NCBI GenBank assembly: GCA_965278965.1
Contig: OZ257127.1
Location: 2,221,368-2,285,367, forward strand
Reading direction: 5' to 3'
DNA: 64,000 bases
Source: Actinomycetes bacterium
GTDB lineage: Bacteria > Actinomycetota > Actinomycetes > S36-B12
Numbering within the stretch: position 1 is the first letter of the stretch; every line of letters starts with the position of its first letter. Under the pieces are notes generated by a model. It was not told the origin of the DNA and did not search any database. It saw nothing but the letters and a program-made list of their open reading frames with translations. The translations under genes and the position numbers were made by a program. This document shows positions 51,284-60,723 of this stretch, piece by piece.

Positions 51284-53728
51284 GTGGCGAGCGGAGCGCG
51301 GTTCGGCCTACGCGACCTCGTCCGCGTGTGGTCGTCGGCTGCTGCCGCCGGGCGGAAGCGACGGCCGACCGACGCGATCCTCCTGGTCGTCGCCCTCCTG
51401 CTGCTGGTCGTCGTGGCCCGGACGGCCCCGGGGCCGGGCGATATCGACTCCGGTGTGGCCTCCTTCCTCGCCGCCCTGCCGGAGTTCGTGGGGATGATGT
51501 GGGGGCTGTCCTACACCGCGATGACCGTGTGGGCAGTGGTCCTGCTCGTGCTCCCCCTGTTCTTCTCGGGCCGCCGCCAGTTGACGACGACCCTGCTGCT
51601 GTCGGGTGTCGTCGCCCTCGCTGGCGCCCTCGTCGCAGGGAATGTCGCCGGCAGCGACCGCGACGCGATGTGGTCGTCGCTGTTCGGTTTCCCGGCAAGT
51701 CCGACGTACCCCGCCGTCCGGTTCGCCGTCGCCACCGCGATCATCGTCACGGCATCGCCCTGGGTCGCTCGTCCCCTGCGCTACCTCGGCCGCTTCCTCG
51801 TCGCCGCGGGCGGCATCGCCGCCGTCGGGCTCTCGGTGTCGTGGACCAGCGGGGCGATCGCCGGCTTCGTTCTGGGCATCGGCGCGGCCGCCGTGACGCA
51901 CCTGCTGCTCGGCTCGCCCCAGGGACTGCTCACCGCCGAGCAGGTCGAGATCGCGATGTCCGACCTCGGCATCGACGCCCGCGACGCCCGCGCGCTTCCG
52001 GACGGCGCCGGCGGTGAGGCGACATGGCAGGTCGACACGGAGGACGGCACGCCGCTCACCGTCCGGGTCTTCGGCCGCGACGCGTGGGACTCCCAGGTCG
52101 TCGGGTCCGTCTGGACCGCTGTGACCCGGCGCGGCGAGAGCGTCCGACTGGGCCGCGGCCGCGCGTTCCGGGTCGAGCACGAGGCGCTGGCGACGCTGGT
52201 GGCCGAGCAGGCGGGCGTGCCCGTGACGCACACCTCGGTCGTCGGGCGAAGTGCCCAGGGCGACGCGCTCATCGGCGGACCGTCCCCGACGTGGACGCTG
52301 TCCGACGAGCCCGTCGACGGCACGTCGACGCTGTCCGACGCCGACATCGCCGCCGCGTGGGGAGCGCTGCTGTCGTTGCACGCCGCTCGGATGAGCCACG
52401 GCCGGATGGGCGCCCACGCCGTCGTCCGACGAGCAGACGGGCGCATCGCTCTCGCGGACTTCGCAGACGCGGACCTCATCGCGGACGATGGCGACCAGCA
52501 CGCCGACCGCGTGCGGCTGCTGGTCGCGACGGCCCTCGCCGTCGGCCGGACGCGAGCGCTCGCGTGCGCGGAGGCCGCGGTCGGCAACGGCGGGCTCATC
52601 GACCTCCTGCCGTACCTCCAGCCGGCCGTCCTGAGCCGGGTCGAGCGCGCGCAGCTGCACGACGTCGACTGGTCGATGAAGGACCTCCAGCACGACGCGG
52701 TCGCGCTCGCTGCCGTGGATGCGCCGCCGCTGCAGCAGATCCGGCGCGTGTCGGTGAAGTCCGTCGTGATCGTCGCGATCGTCGCGCTGATCGCCTACAC
52801 GTTGATCAGCGTTTTCTCCGGGGTCGACTTCTCCAGCGTCGCGGACGCGATGTCGACCGCGGACTGGGCGTGGGTCCTGCTGGCGGTCTGCGTCTCGCCG
52901 GTCATCCAGATGTGCTTCGCGTTCTCGACGATCGGCGCCACGCTCAAGCGGTTGCGGTACGTCCCCGTCCTCATGCTCCAGTACGCGATCCAGTTCATCG
53001 CGTTGTGCCTGCCCTCCACGGCTGCACGGCTGGCACTGGAGGTCCGCTTCTTCGAGCGCTTCGGCCTGCCGCCGGCGACCGCGATCGGCATCGGCATGAT
53101 CGACAGCTTCAGCGGGTTCCTCGTGCAGATCACGCTGATCGTCCTGATCTTGGTGTCCGGACTCCCCGGCTTCACGAGCTCGGTGCGCTCGGGCTCCGAC
53201 AGCTCGTCGACGTCGGACGTGTCCAACCCCGGCCCGCTGATGATCGTCGCGCTGCTGACGCTGATCGCCGTGTTCGTCACGTTCGCCGTTCCGAAGCTCC
53301 GCCACCGGCTGCTCGGCAGCATCCCGCGGATCCGGGCGCGGATCGCCGAGCAGCGGAAGAACGCCGGCGACGCGCTCCTGGTGATCCGGCACCCGCGCAA
53401 GGTCGGCACGATGCTCCTGGGCAACCTCGGGGCCCAGGTCGTGCAGGCGGTCGTGCTCGGGATCTGCTTGGCCGCGTTCGGCGAGAGCGCCCACCTGTCC
53501 CAGCTCATCCTCATCAACACCGCGGTGAGCCTGTTCGCCGGCCTGATGCCTGTGCCCGGCGGTATGGGCGTCGCGGAGGCCGGCTACACCGCAGGCCTGC
53601 AGGCGATCGGCATCCCCGCGGCGGACGCGCTCTCGACGGCCATCGCCTTCCGCCTCGCGACCTTCTACCTGCCACCGCTGTGGGGGTCGGTCGCGATGCG
53701 CTGGCTGCGACGGCACGAGTACGTCTAG
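51284..53728 (+). CDS. Lysylphosphatidylglycerol synthase-like (flippase/UPF0104) membrane protein with central kinase-like domain
   Basis: N-terminal TMs; soluble middle with EHEALATL...ALADF; C-terminal PVPGGMGVAEA and RLATFYLP. Confidence 0.75.
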   Translation: MASGARFGLRDLVRVWSSAAAAGRKRRPTDAILLVVALLLLVVVARTAPGPGDIDSGVASFLAALPEFVGMMWGLSYTAMTVWAVVLLVLPLFFSGRRQLTTTLLLSGVVALAGALVAGNVAGSDRDAMWSSLFGFPASPTYPAVRFAVATAIIVTASPWVARPLRYLGRFLVAAGGIAAVGLSVSWTSGAIAGFVLGIGAAAVTHLLLGSPQGLLTAEQVEIAMSDLGIDARDARALPDGAGGEATWQVDTEDGTPLTVRVFGRDAWDSQVVGSVWTAVTRRGESVRLGRGRAFRVEHEALATLVAEQAGVPVTHTSVVGRSAQGDALIGGPSPTWTLSDEPVDGTSTLSDADIAAAWGALLSLHAARMSHGRMGAHAVVRRADGRIALADFADADLIADDGDQHADRVRLLVATALAVGRTRALACAEAAVGNGGLIDLLPYLQPAVLSRVERAQLHDVDWSMKDLQHDAVALAAVDAPPLQQIRRVSVKSVVIVAIVALIAYTLISVFSGVDFSSVADAMSTADWAWVLLAVCVSPVIQMCFAFSTIGATLKRLRYVPVLMLQYAIQFIALCLPSTAARLALEVRFFERFGLPPATAIGIGMIDSFSGFLVQITLIVLILVSGLPGFTSSVRSGSDSSSTSDVSNPGPLMIVALLTLIAVFVTFAVPKLRHRLLGSIPRIRARIAEQRKNAGDALLVIRHPRKVGTMLLGNLGAQVVQAVVLGICLAAFGESAHLSQLILINTAVSLFAGLMPVPGGMGVAEAGYTAGLQAIGIPAADALSTAIAFRLATFYLPPLWGSVAMRWLRRHEYV

Positions 53729-53732
53729 GGGC

Positions 53733-54671
53733 GTGGCGCACCCGCCGTCGGACATGCCGGCGTGCGACCCTGGCGAGGTGATCGCCCTTCCCCGCGGCCA
53801 CCGTGCCGTCGCGCTCGCTGCTGTCGCCGTTTTCGTGCTCGTGGGCTGCTCCCGCACCGAGGACGCCGCCCAGACCGTGCCGCCGCCTGCGCTCTTGTCG
53901 ACTCCGACGGCCAGCCCGACGCCGACACCGACGGGCAGTTCGACGCCGCCGCCGGTCGATGTCGAGCTCCCCGAGTCCTGGGCCGCGACGCCCGCAGCGG
54001 ATGGCTCCGGCTACGTCCTCGAGCTCGAGTCCACCGGCACGTCCGGAGTCTTCGACGGTCGGCTGTACCACCGCAGTGCCGACGGCGGGGTCACGGGCCA
54101 GCAGGTCGTCACCGTGACCGTCACCGGCCCTGACGCGGTCGACGTCCGCTGGCCCGACGCCACGGTCACCCCGGGCCGCCTGACCCTCCCGGGGGTCGGC
54201 GGTGCCCGGACGGAGCTCGCCCTGGATCCCGGCTGCCTGAGCTACCTCGTCGACGGCTCGTCGCAGCTGGACTGCCGGCTCTACCCGGCCGACGAGTTCG
54301 GCCCGTCGCCCAGCGCCTCGGCTATCCCGTCGCCCAGCGCCTCCGCCCAGCCGAGCGCCGCACCGGTCGACCTTCCCGACAGCGACGAGGCCCTCGGCTA
54401 CCTGTGCAGCATCTCGGACCCGGCGATGCTCGACCACGTCACCGACGACCTCGCCGACCCGTACGTGACGGCCGTGCTCCAGGGGGCTCTCGTGGCCGTC
54501 GGCATCGACCCCGGGCCGGTCGACGGGCGCTACCGGGCCAAGACCCGGAAGGCAGTGCGGACGTTCCAGGAGTCCGCTGGCCTGGTCGCGGACGGCCTCG
54601 TCGGCCCACGCACGTGGAGCGCTCTCCAGCGCGCGGCCTGCACCCTGCCGACGGACCCCGCAGCTCAGTAG
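53733..54671 (+). CDS. Lipoprotein with C-terminal peptidoglycan-binding domain
   Basis: Lipobox VLVGC; DPGPVDGRYRAKTRKAVRTFQESAGLVADGLVGPRTWSAL. Confidence 0.8.
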   Translation: MAHPPSDMPACDPGEVIALPRGHRAVALAAVAVFVLVGCSRTEDAAQTVPPPALLSTPTASPTPTPTGSSTPPPVDVELPESWAATPAADGSGYVLELESTGTSGVFDGRLYHRSADGGVTGQQVVTVTVTGPDAVDVRWPDATVTPGRLTLPGVGGARTELALDPGCLSYLVDGSSQLDCRLYPADEFGPSPSASAIPSPSASAQPSAAPVDLPDSDEALGYLCSISDPAMLDHVTDDLADPYVTAVLQGALVAVGIDPGPVDGRYRAKTRKAVRTFQESAGLVADGLVGPRTWSALQRAACTLPTDPAAQ

Positions 54672-54746
54672 CCGTGGTTCTGGGACTCGCGGATCCGTCT
54701 CGACATAATTGCCAGCGGCGACGGGTGGGTCGCCGGTGAGGGGTTC

Positions 54747-57326
54747 GTGGTGAGCGGCACGGCGCCGTCGATGCGCGGCGCGGGGCTCGGGTCCCGCGGC
54801 TGGATCATCGCGGCCATCACTGCCGTCGGCTACTACGTGCTCAGTCTCGTCGGCAACCTGATGCTGCCGGAGGACGGCATCGCCGTCCTGTGGCCGGCGT
54901 CCGGCTTCGCGGCCGTGATGCTGCTGTGGTCCCCGGGCGTCCTCGGCAAGGTGGTGACGCTCGTCGCGGTCGCCGTCGGGTACGCGGCCTTCGCCGTCGG
55001 TGCGACGGCACAGGGCGCGGCCGAGGCCGGCTTCGTACTCGCCAACGTCGTCGAACCGGCCCTCGCCCTGCCCTTCCTCCTGCGGGCGACGGCGAGGGAC
55101 AACCGGCTTTCGAGCCTGGGCAGCCTGGGCTGGCTCGCATCGGGAGCCGTCGTGGCATGTGCGGCGAGCGCATCCGTCGCAGCCGCGGCGATCTTGGTGT
55201 CCGGTGACGCGGCCGGCACCGCGGCCACGTGGCGGGACTGGTTCGTCGGCGACTGCCTCGGCATCCTCGTCGTCGCCCCGCTGCTGTTGCAGGCGCGACC
55301 TCTCTCCCGCCTATGGCGGCGTGGCTCGGCCGCCGAGCAGGTCCTGCTGTGGCTCGTGCTGGCGACGAGCCTGCTTCTCCTCATCGAGGGCTCGGCGCTG
55401 GCGGTCGTCGTCCTCGGAGCGGTCGTCCTCATCGCCGTCCGGCTCGACCCCGCGGCGACGTCGCTCGCGATCCTCGGGTCGTCGGTCGTCATGGCGGTGC
55501 TTGCGATGTCCTCGGACCTGTTGGTCGACGTCGCCGGCGGGCCGGGTTGGGCGGACGTCCGCGTGCTCATCGCCGTCGTCGTCGTCGTGGGGCAGGCGGT
55601 CGCACTGTCGACGGCTGCGCGGGTGCGCGCGCTCGGCGAACGCGACGAGGCGGTCGCGGCCGCGCTCGCGTCCGCTCGTCGCGCGCAGGACTCCGACACG
55701 TCGCTGCGGGAGGCCCTCGACGCCGGTCTCGACGCGTTCGTCGTCCTCCGGCGGGACGGGAGCCGGTGGCGGGTCGCGTTCGCCAACGGGCCGGCGCGGT
55801 CGGCGAGCGGGATCGGGCCCGATGCCGTCGTCGACGCTCCGCTCGCGGACCTGCTGCCGGCCGAGGCCCATCCGATGGTCGACGCCCTGCTCCTGCACGC
55901 GGCGGACTCCGACGCCCCCGTCCGGGTCGCCGCGCCGGTCGTGAGCTCGTCGACCAACTGGGCGGGGACGGTCGAGATCGTGGCATCGCGCACGGCGGAC
56001 GGCCGGATCGTCGTCACCTGGCGTGATGTCACGCAGGACCACGCGCAGGAGCGAAAGGTGCGTGCCGCCAGCGCGGCCGCGATGCACGCGGCAACGCACG
56101 ACTCGCTGACCAACCTGCCGAACCGGATGCTCCTGGAGGACCGGTTCCGGCACGCCGTCGCCGGGCTGGGCCGAAGCGAGGACGCGGTCGCGGTAGTCGT
56201 CGCCGACATCGACGGCTTCCGCACGATCCGTGAGCGGCACGGCGAGCCGACCGCTGACGCGGTGCTCATCGAGGTGGCGAGCCGGATCGAGTCGCTCGTG
56301 CGTTCGCAGGACACCGTGGCTCGCGTCGGGTCGGATGAGTTCGAGCTGGTGCTCACCGGTCTCACTCGCTCGTGGAGCGCCCCTGACTTCTTCGACCGGA
56401 TGGCGGCCGAGGTGGGTGCGCCCATCGACACCCCTGCCGGTCCTGTGCAGGTGACGGTCAGCGCGGCCCACCTGCTGGTCACGGACCCGATGACGACCCC
56501 GGACGTGGTCCGCAACCGCCTGTTCGCGGCGCTGAAGCACGGGCGGGAAACGGGTCCCGGGCAGATCACCGAGTACAGCGATGAGCTGCGGCTGCCGCAG
56601 GTGTGGGCGCCCGCGGCCTCGGACATCGCGACTGCGCTGAGTGAGGGCGAGTTCCGCCTCGCGTACCAGCCGGTCATCGAGCTGCGCACGGGTGACGTCG
56701 TCGGGCAGGAGGCGCTCATCCGCTGGACGCACCCGGAGCACGGAGCGATCGGGCCGGACCAGTTCATCGGCGTCGCAGAGTCCGCCGGTCTCATGGTCGA
56801 TATCGGCGACTGGGTGCTGCGGCAGGCGCTGGCCGACCGTCGGCGCCAGCCCGCCGGAACGTGGACGAGCATCAATGTCTCCAGCGCTCAGCTCGTCCGC
56901 CGCGACCTCGTGGCCGACGTCGAGGCGGCGCTGACCGCGAACGGCGTCGAGGCGGGTTCCTTGGTGCTCGAGCTCGTGGAGAGCCAGCTGCTGCACGCGA
57001 CGCCGACGACCCTCGGGCGGCTCGAGGCGCTTCGCGCGCGCGGCGTGCGCATCGCGCTGGACGACTTCGGCTCGGGCTACTCGTCGCTGTCGTACCTGCA
57101 GGACTTCAGCGTCGACATCGTCAAGCTCGACCGCGGGCTGATCGACGGCCCGTCCGATGATCGTCGGCTGCGGTTCCTGCGCTGGCTCGCCGACCTCGCA
57201 CCGACGACGGGCGTCACGATCATCGTCGAGGGGATCGAGACCCACGAGCAGCGCGACCTGACGCTCGCGGCCGGCCTGCGATTCGGGCAGGGCTACCTCT
57301 GGGGCCGGCCGGCCTTCTTGGTCTAG
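54747..57326 (+). CDS. MASE1-PAS-GGDEF-EAL protein
   Basis: LWPASG and GDCLGILVVAP (MASE1); HDSLTNLPNR; GSDEF; EAL, DDFGSGYSSL, KLDR, EGIET. Confidence 0.9.
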   Translation: MVSGTAPSMRGAGLGSRGWIIAAITAVGYYVLSLVGNLMLPEDGIAVLWPASGFAAVMLLWSPGVLGKVVTLVAVAVGYAAFAVGATAQGAAEAGFVLANVVEPALALPFLLRATARDNRLSSLGSLGWLASGAVVACAASASVAAAAILVSGDAAGTAATWRDWFVGDCLGILVVAPLLLQARPLSRLWRRGSAAEQVLLWLVLATSLLLLIEGSALAVVVLGAVVLIAVRLDPAATSLAILGSSVVMAVLAMSSDLLVDVAGGPGWADVRVLIAVVVVVGQAVALSTAARVRALGERDEAVAAALASARRAQDSDTSLREALDAGLDAFVVLRRDGSRWRVAFANGPARSASGIGPDAVVDAPLADLLPAEAHPMVDALLLHAADSDAPVRVAAPVVSSSTNWAGTVEIVASRTADGRIVVTWRDVTQDHAQERKVRAASAAAMHAATHDSLTNLPNRMLLEDRFRHAVAGLGRSEDAVAVVVADIDGFRTIRERHGEPTADAVLIEVASRIESLVRSQDTVARVGSDEFELVLTGLTRSWSAPDFFDRMAAEVGAPIDTPAGPVQVTVSAAHLLVTDPMTTPDVVRNRLFAALKHGRETGPGQITEYSDELRLPQVWAPAASDIATALSEGEFRLAYQPVIELRTGDVVGQEALIRWTHPEHGAIGPDQFIGVAESAGLMVDIGDWVLRQALADRRRQPAGTWTSINVSSAQLVRRDLVADVEAALTANGVEAGSLVLELVESQLLHATPTTLGRLEALRARGVRIALDDFGSGYSSLSYLQDFSVDIVKLDRGLIDGPSDDRRLRFLRWLADLAPTTGVTIIVEGIETHEQRDLTLAAGLRFGQGYLWGRPAFLV

Positions 57327-57336
57327 CGTCCATCGG

Positions 57337-57819
57337 GTGAGCACCTCCGGCGCACCGGCCTCACCCGTCCCCGCCCGCGGAGGCGCCTATGACTACCGCG
57401 GAGCGGTGCGATGGGAGTACCGCCCGCAGCTGGACCACGACCCCGACCCCGGCGAGGTCGTGTGGACCTGGGTCGCCTACGAGGACGACACGTCGATCGG
57501 CAAGGACCGACCGGTCGCCGTCGTCGGCGAGACCGGTGACGGGCGCCTCGCCGTCCTGATGCTGTCGAGCCGGCCGCACGACGGCGAGCGTGGCTGGCTG
57601 GCGATCGGGGCCGGGCCGTGGGACCCGCGCGGGCGTCCCAGCTGGGTGCGGCTGGACCGCATGCTCGCCGTCCCGTCGGCCGCGGTGCGCCGGGAGGGTG
57701 CCGTGCTGTCGCGGACCGCCTACGACGCGATGGCCAAGAGGCTCGGCGCGACGCCGGGAGCAGCCGCACCGCGCGGCATGCTCGCCCGGTTGAAAGGGCT
57801 GTTCTCCCCGAAGCGCTAG
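57337..57819 (+). CDS. PemK/MazF-like family protein
   Basis: DPDPGEVVWTWVAYEDDTSIGKDRPVAVV, GPWDPRGRPSWVRLDR. Confidence 0.75.
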   Translation: MSTSGAPASPVPARGGAYDYRGAVRWEYRPQLDHDPDPGEVVWTWVAYEDDTSIGKDRPVAVVGETGDGRLAVLMLSSRPHDGERGWLAIGAGPWDPRGRPSWVRLDRMLAVPSAAVRREGAVLSRTAYDAMAKRLGATPGAAAPRGMLARLKGLFSPKR

Positions 57820-57862
57820 CCGCGAGAGTCGCTGCGGCGCAGAGAATCGCGCTCGGCGGGAG

Positions 57863-57884
57863 TGTCAGGGGTGGCACGTACGGT
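57863..57884 (+). promoter_or_regulatory. RecA-NDp-type (PafBC-activated) promoter
   Basis: TGTCAGGG (57863-70), 8-nt spacer, TACGGT (57879-84), then ATG at 57891. Fits tTGTCRgtg-N8-TAnnnT. Confidence 0.65.
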
Positions 57885-57890
57885 GTGGTC

Positions 57891-59427
57891 ATGTTCGAGT
57901 CCTCGTCCAGTCCGGTTCCGGAGCCGGATGACCCGTGGGCGGGTTTCGCGGTGGACTACTTGAGTGCGTCGGATCTGTTGGCGTATCTGCGGGTTCAGCC
58001 GGCAGGTCCGGGGCTGCTGAATGACTTGTCGTGCCTGGATCCGTCGGTGTTGTCTCCGGATGATGCGGTGACGTTCGCCCAGGAGGTTGATCGGTTGGCG
58101 GCGCACGTCGCGGGGTTCCAAGCCCAGGCGCGCGCGGCGGTGAACGCGGTGCTGGTGGCGGCGGAGGAGGTCGAGGGTGCGCGGCAGGCGGAGATCCTGC
58201 GGCAGCAGAACGAGGACCGCGTCGCCGCGGGACTCAAGCCCCGCAGTGGTGGGTTCGGGTTTGTGCCGCCGGAGGTCGCGGTCCAGGCCGAGCTCGCCGC
58301 CGCCCTACGGCTCTCTCCGCGGAGCGTGTCGAGCGTGGTGCAGTTCGCGGTCGACCTCGCCGGTCCGTGGCGGCCGATGCGTGCCGCGCTGCTGGCCGGG
58401 GACGTCACCGAGAACCACGCCAAAGCCATCGGACGCGTCCTTGCGCTCCTGCCCGCGTACCTGGACCCGGAGCGGGTCGCGGAGTACGAGAAGCACTGCG
58501 CCGAGGTGCTGGCGGTGGTGGTTCCCTACGCCCGGACGCATACCCCGGGGCAGGCCGCGAAGAAGGCACGCGACTTGATCACCGCGATCGACCCGGCCGG
58601 CACGAAGAAGCGTCGCCAGGAAGCAGCCGACCGCGAGCATGGCGTGTTCCTGAACCCCCGCGAACCCGGAACGTCGGAGTTCTTGGCGGTGCTGCCGACC
58701 GAGACCGCCCGCGCCGTCTACGACGCCGTCCGCCGCCTCGCCGGGGATGCCCGGTTCGAGGTCGCGGACGGGTGCGTGACGATCGGGCAGCGCCGCGTCG
58801 CCGCCTTGAAGACCCTCGTCCTCGGTGACCCCGGTCAGATCACCGTCATCGACTCACCGGTGGCGGAGGCGAAGGAGAAGGCCCACATCACCGTCATCGT
58901 CTCCCTCGAAACCATCTTGGGCGCCTCGGAGCAGGGCGGTCGGATCAACGGCGAACCGGTCACCGCGGACGTGATCCGCGACCTCATCGCCGCCTGCGAC
59001 CCCACATCCACCATCCGGCGCCTGGTCACGGACAACAACGGCGTGATCGTGGACTACGGCCGCTCCCGATACATCGGCAGCGACCTTCAGAAGCACGTCA
59101 TCCGCCTGCGCGACGGGCACTGCCGCGGCGTTGGGTGCACCAGGCCGGCCGAGGTCTGCGAGATCGACCACGCCCGGCTCACCGTGCCTGTTGAACGGCC
59201 AGTTGTGGCATGCGAGCCGCTAGGCGAGCGACCACAACTCGCCGTTCAACGACAGCCAGACGGAGGCAGACAACGACCCCCACAGCGCCGCCGACGGATC
59301 CTGCACGTGGCGATCACCACTCGGCCGCGAGTACCAGCACGAACCACCGCCGCTGCTACCGCCCGCACCACGACCACCAGCACAACGATCACGCGTCATC
59401 GACGACGGGCAACCGCCACCCTTCTAG
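57891..59427 (+). pseudogene. DUF222 (Rv1128c/13E12-like) HNH endonuclease gene with disrupted HNH domain
   Basis: DUF222 core AELAAALRLS...AALLAGDV. HNH start RDGHCRGVGC...CEIDH, then the frame breaks. A family-like tail DGSCTWRSPLGREY...PPPF* sits in the +1 frame ending at 59427. No LC..HH..K motif is present. Confidence 0.75.
59190..59250. repeat. Palindrome, REP-like family B, copy 2, inside the HNH region
   Basis: Arms gttgaacggccagttgtgg and ccacaactcgccgttcaac are 18/19 complementary. Arm cores match the 23124 element at 12/16 and 14/16. Confidence 0.7.
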
Positions 59428-59440
59428 CCGTGCGCGGGCC

Positions 59441-60145
59441 TCACGCCTCGAGCTCGGGGTGGTCGTCGTCGCCGCTCCGCACGGGTGGCCCGCCTGTGCC
59501 GCCGAGGCGACCGCACAGCAGCAGGCCGTACCCGACGGCCGGTCCGATCAGCAGGGCGAACGCGACCGTGCCGACGCCGACCGTGCCGCCGAGGCTCCAG
59601 CCGATGACCAGCACCGTCGCCTCGATGGCCAGCCGCACCGCAGCCACCGGCCAGCCGGTCCGCCGATGGATCCCCGTCATCCAGCCGTCGCGCGGGCCTG
59701 GCCCCATGTTCGCCGTGAGGTACAGCCCGCTGGCCAGACCGATCGCGGCGATGCCGACCACGACCATGGCGATGCGCGGAGCGAGTGCGGACGGATCGGG
59801 CAGCACCTCGGACATCACCTGAAGCGCCACGGCGATGACCACCGCGTTCGCGATCGTGCCCAGCCCCGGGCGCTCGCGCAGCGGGATCCACAGGAGCAGG
59901 ACCACGACGCTCGTCGCGAAGGTCGCGACCCCGATCGAGATCGGCAGCCGCTCGGAGAGCCCCTCGGCCAGAACGGTCCAGGGGGTCACGCCCAACCCCG
60001 CGTCGACCAGGAGCGCCTCGCCGGTGCCGAACAGCCACAGCCCGCCGATCAGGGCGACGAGGGTCGCCGGCCCGGCCCGCCACCGGGAGGTCGCGCTCCA
60101 GCGGGTCGTCGGGACGGTCCGCGACGGAGCCCAGCGCGCGCGCAC
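59441..60145 (-). CDS. YczE/YyaS/YitT family membrane protein
   Basis: GLGVTPWTVLAEGL, RERPGLGT, MGPGPRDGWM, GGTVGVGT. Confidence 0.88.
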   Translation of the reverse strand: MRARWAPSRTVPTTRWSATSRWRAGPATLVALIGGLWLFGTGEALLVDAGLGVTPWTVLAEGLSERLPISIGVATFATSVVVLLLWIPLRERPGLGTIANAVVIAVALQVMSEVLPDPSALAPRIAMVVVGIAAIGLASGLYLTANMGPGPRDGWMTGIHRRTGWPVAAVRLAIEATVLVIGWSLGGTVGVGTVAFALLIGPAVGYGLLLCGRLGGTGGPPVRSGDDDHPELEA

Positions 60146-60236
60146 GGGCCGAACGCTACGGCCCGCCTGCCCCGGGTGCGGAAGCGCGTCCGCGCGGCGT
60201 CCCTGGCCGGCCCGCGCGCCGGGTTAGCCTGCACGG

Positions 60237-60704
60237 ATGGCCACCCGGACGGCCCGTGCGAGTCTCATCGCCTGCCTCGCCGCAGGCGCGATCGGCCTGT
60301 CCGGGTGCGGCGGCTCCGACGAGCCCGCGGGGGCGGGCCCGTCCGCGACGGCATCGGGTAGCGCGCCGGCCGCCCTTCTCGACGGGCAGCGGCTGACCGT
60401 CCTCGACCAGCCGATCACCTACCCCGCCGGCAAGCAGGCCCGGGTCAGCAGCGAGGTGGTCGAGCTGCAGCCCGGTCAGCAGACGGGCTGGCAGCGTCAG
60501 CGCACTCCCACCTACGTCTACGTGCTGTCCGGCACGTGGAGCGAGGAGTACGACGCCGGCGTCACCAAGCAGTTCGCCACCGGCAGCGCGTTCATGCAGG
60601 CACAGGGTGTCTGGCACAACGGCTCCAACACCGGTGAGGACGTCGCCCGGATCCTGGTCGTGCACATGGGGGCCAAGGGTGTGAAGGACACTGCCACCCG
60701 ATGA
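60237..60704 (+). CDS. Cupin-domain lipoprotein
   Basis: Lipobox GLSGC; VVELQPGQQTGW...YVYVLSG; GVWHNGSN. Confidence 0.75.
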   Translation: MATRTARASLIACLAAGAIGLSGCGGSDEPAGAGPSATASGSAPAALLDGQRLTVLDQPITYPAGKQARVSSEVVELQPGQQTGWQRQRTPTYVYVLSGTWSEEYDAGVTKQFATGSAFMQAQGVWHNGSNTGEDVARILVVHMGAKGVKDTATR

Positions 60705-60723
60705 CGTCGGTAGCCTCGCCGAC

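Noticed and set aside
57618-59822. 734-aa ORF as an intact HNH nuclease
   Set aside because: The 5' extension overlaps the PemK-like gene, and the 3' read-through is low-complexity and overlaps the opposite-strand YczE gene by 382 bp. The family-like C-terminus is in another frame.
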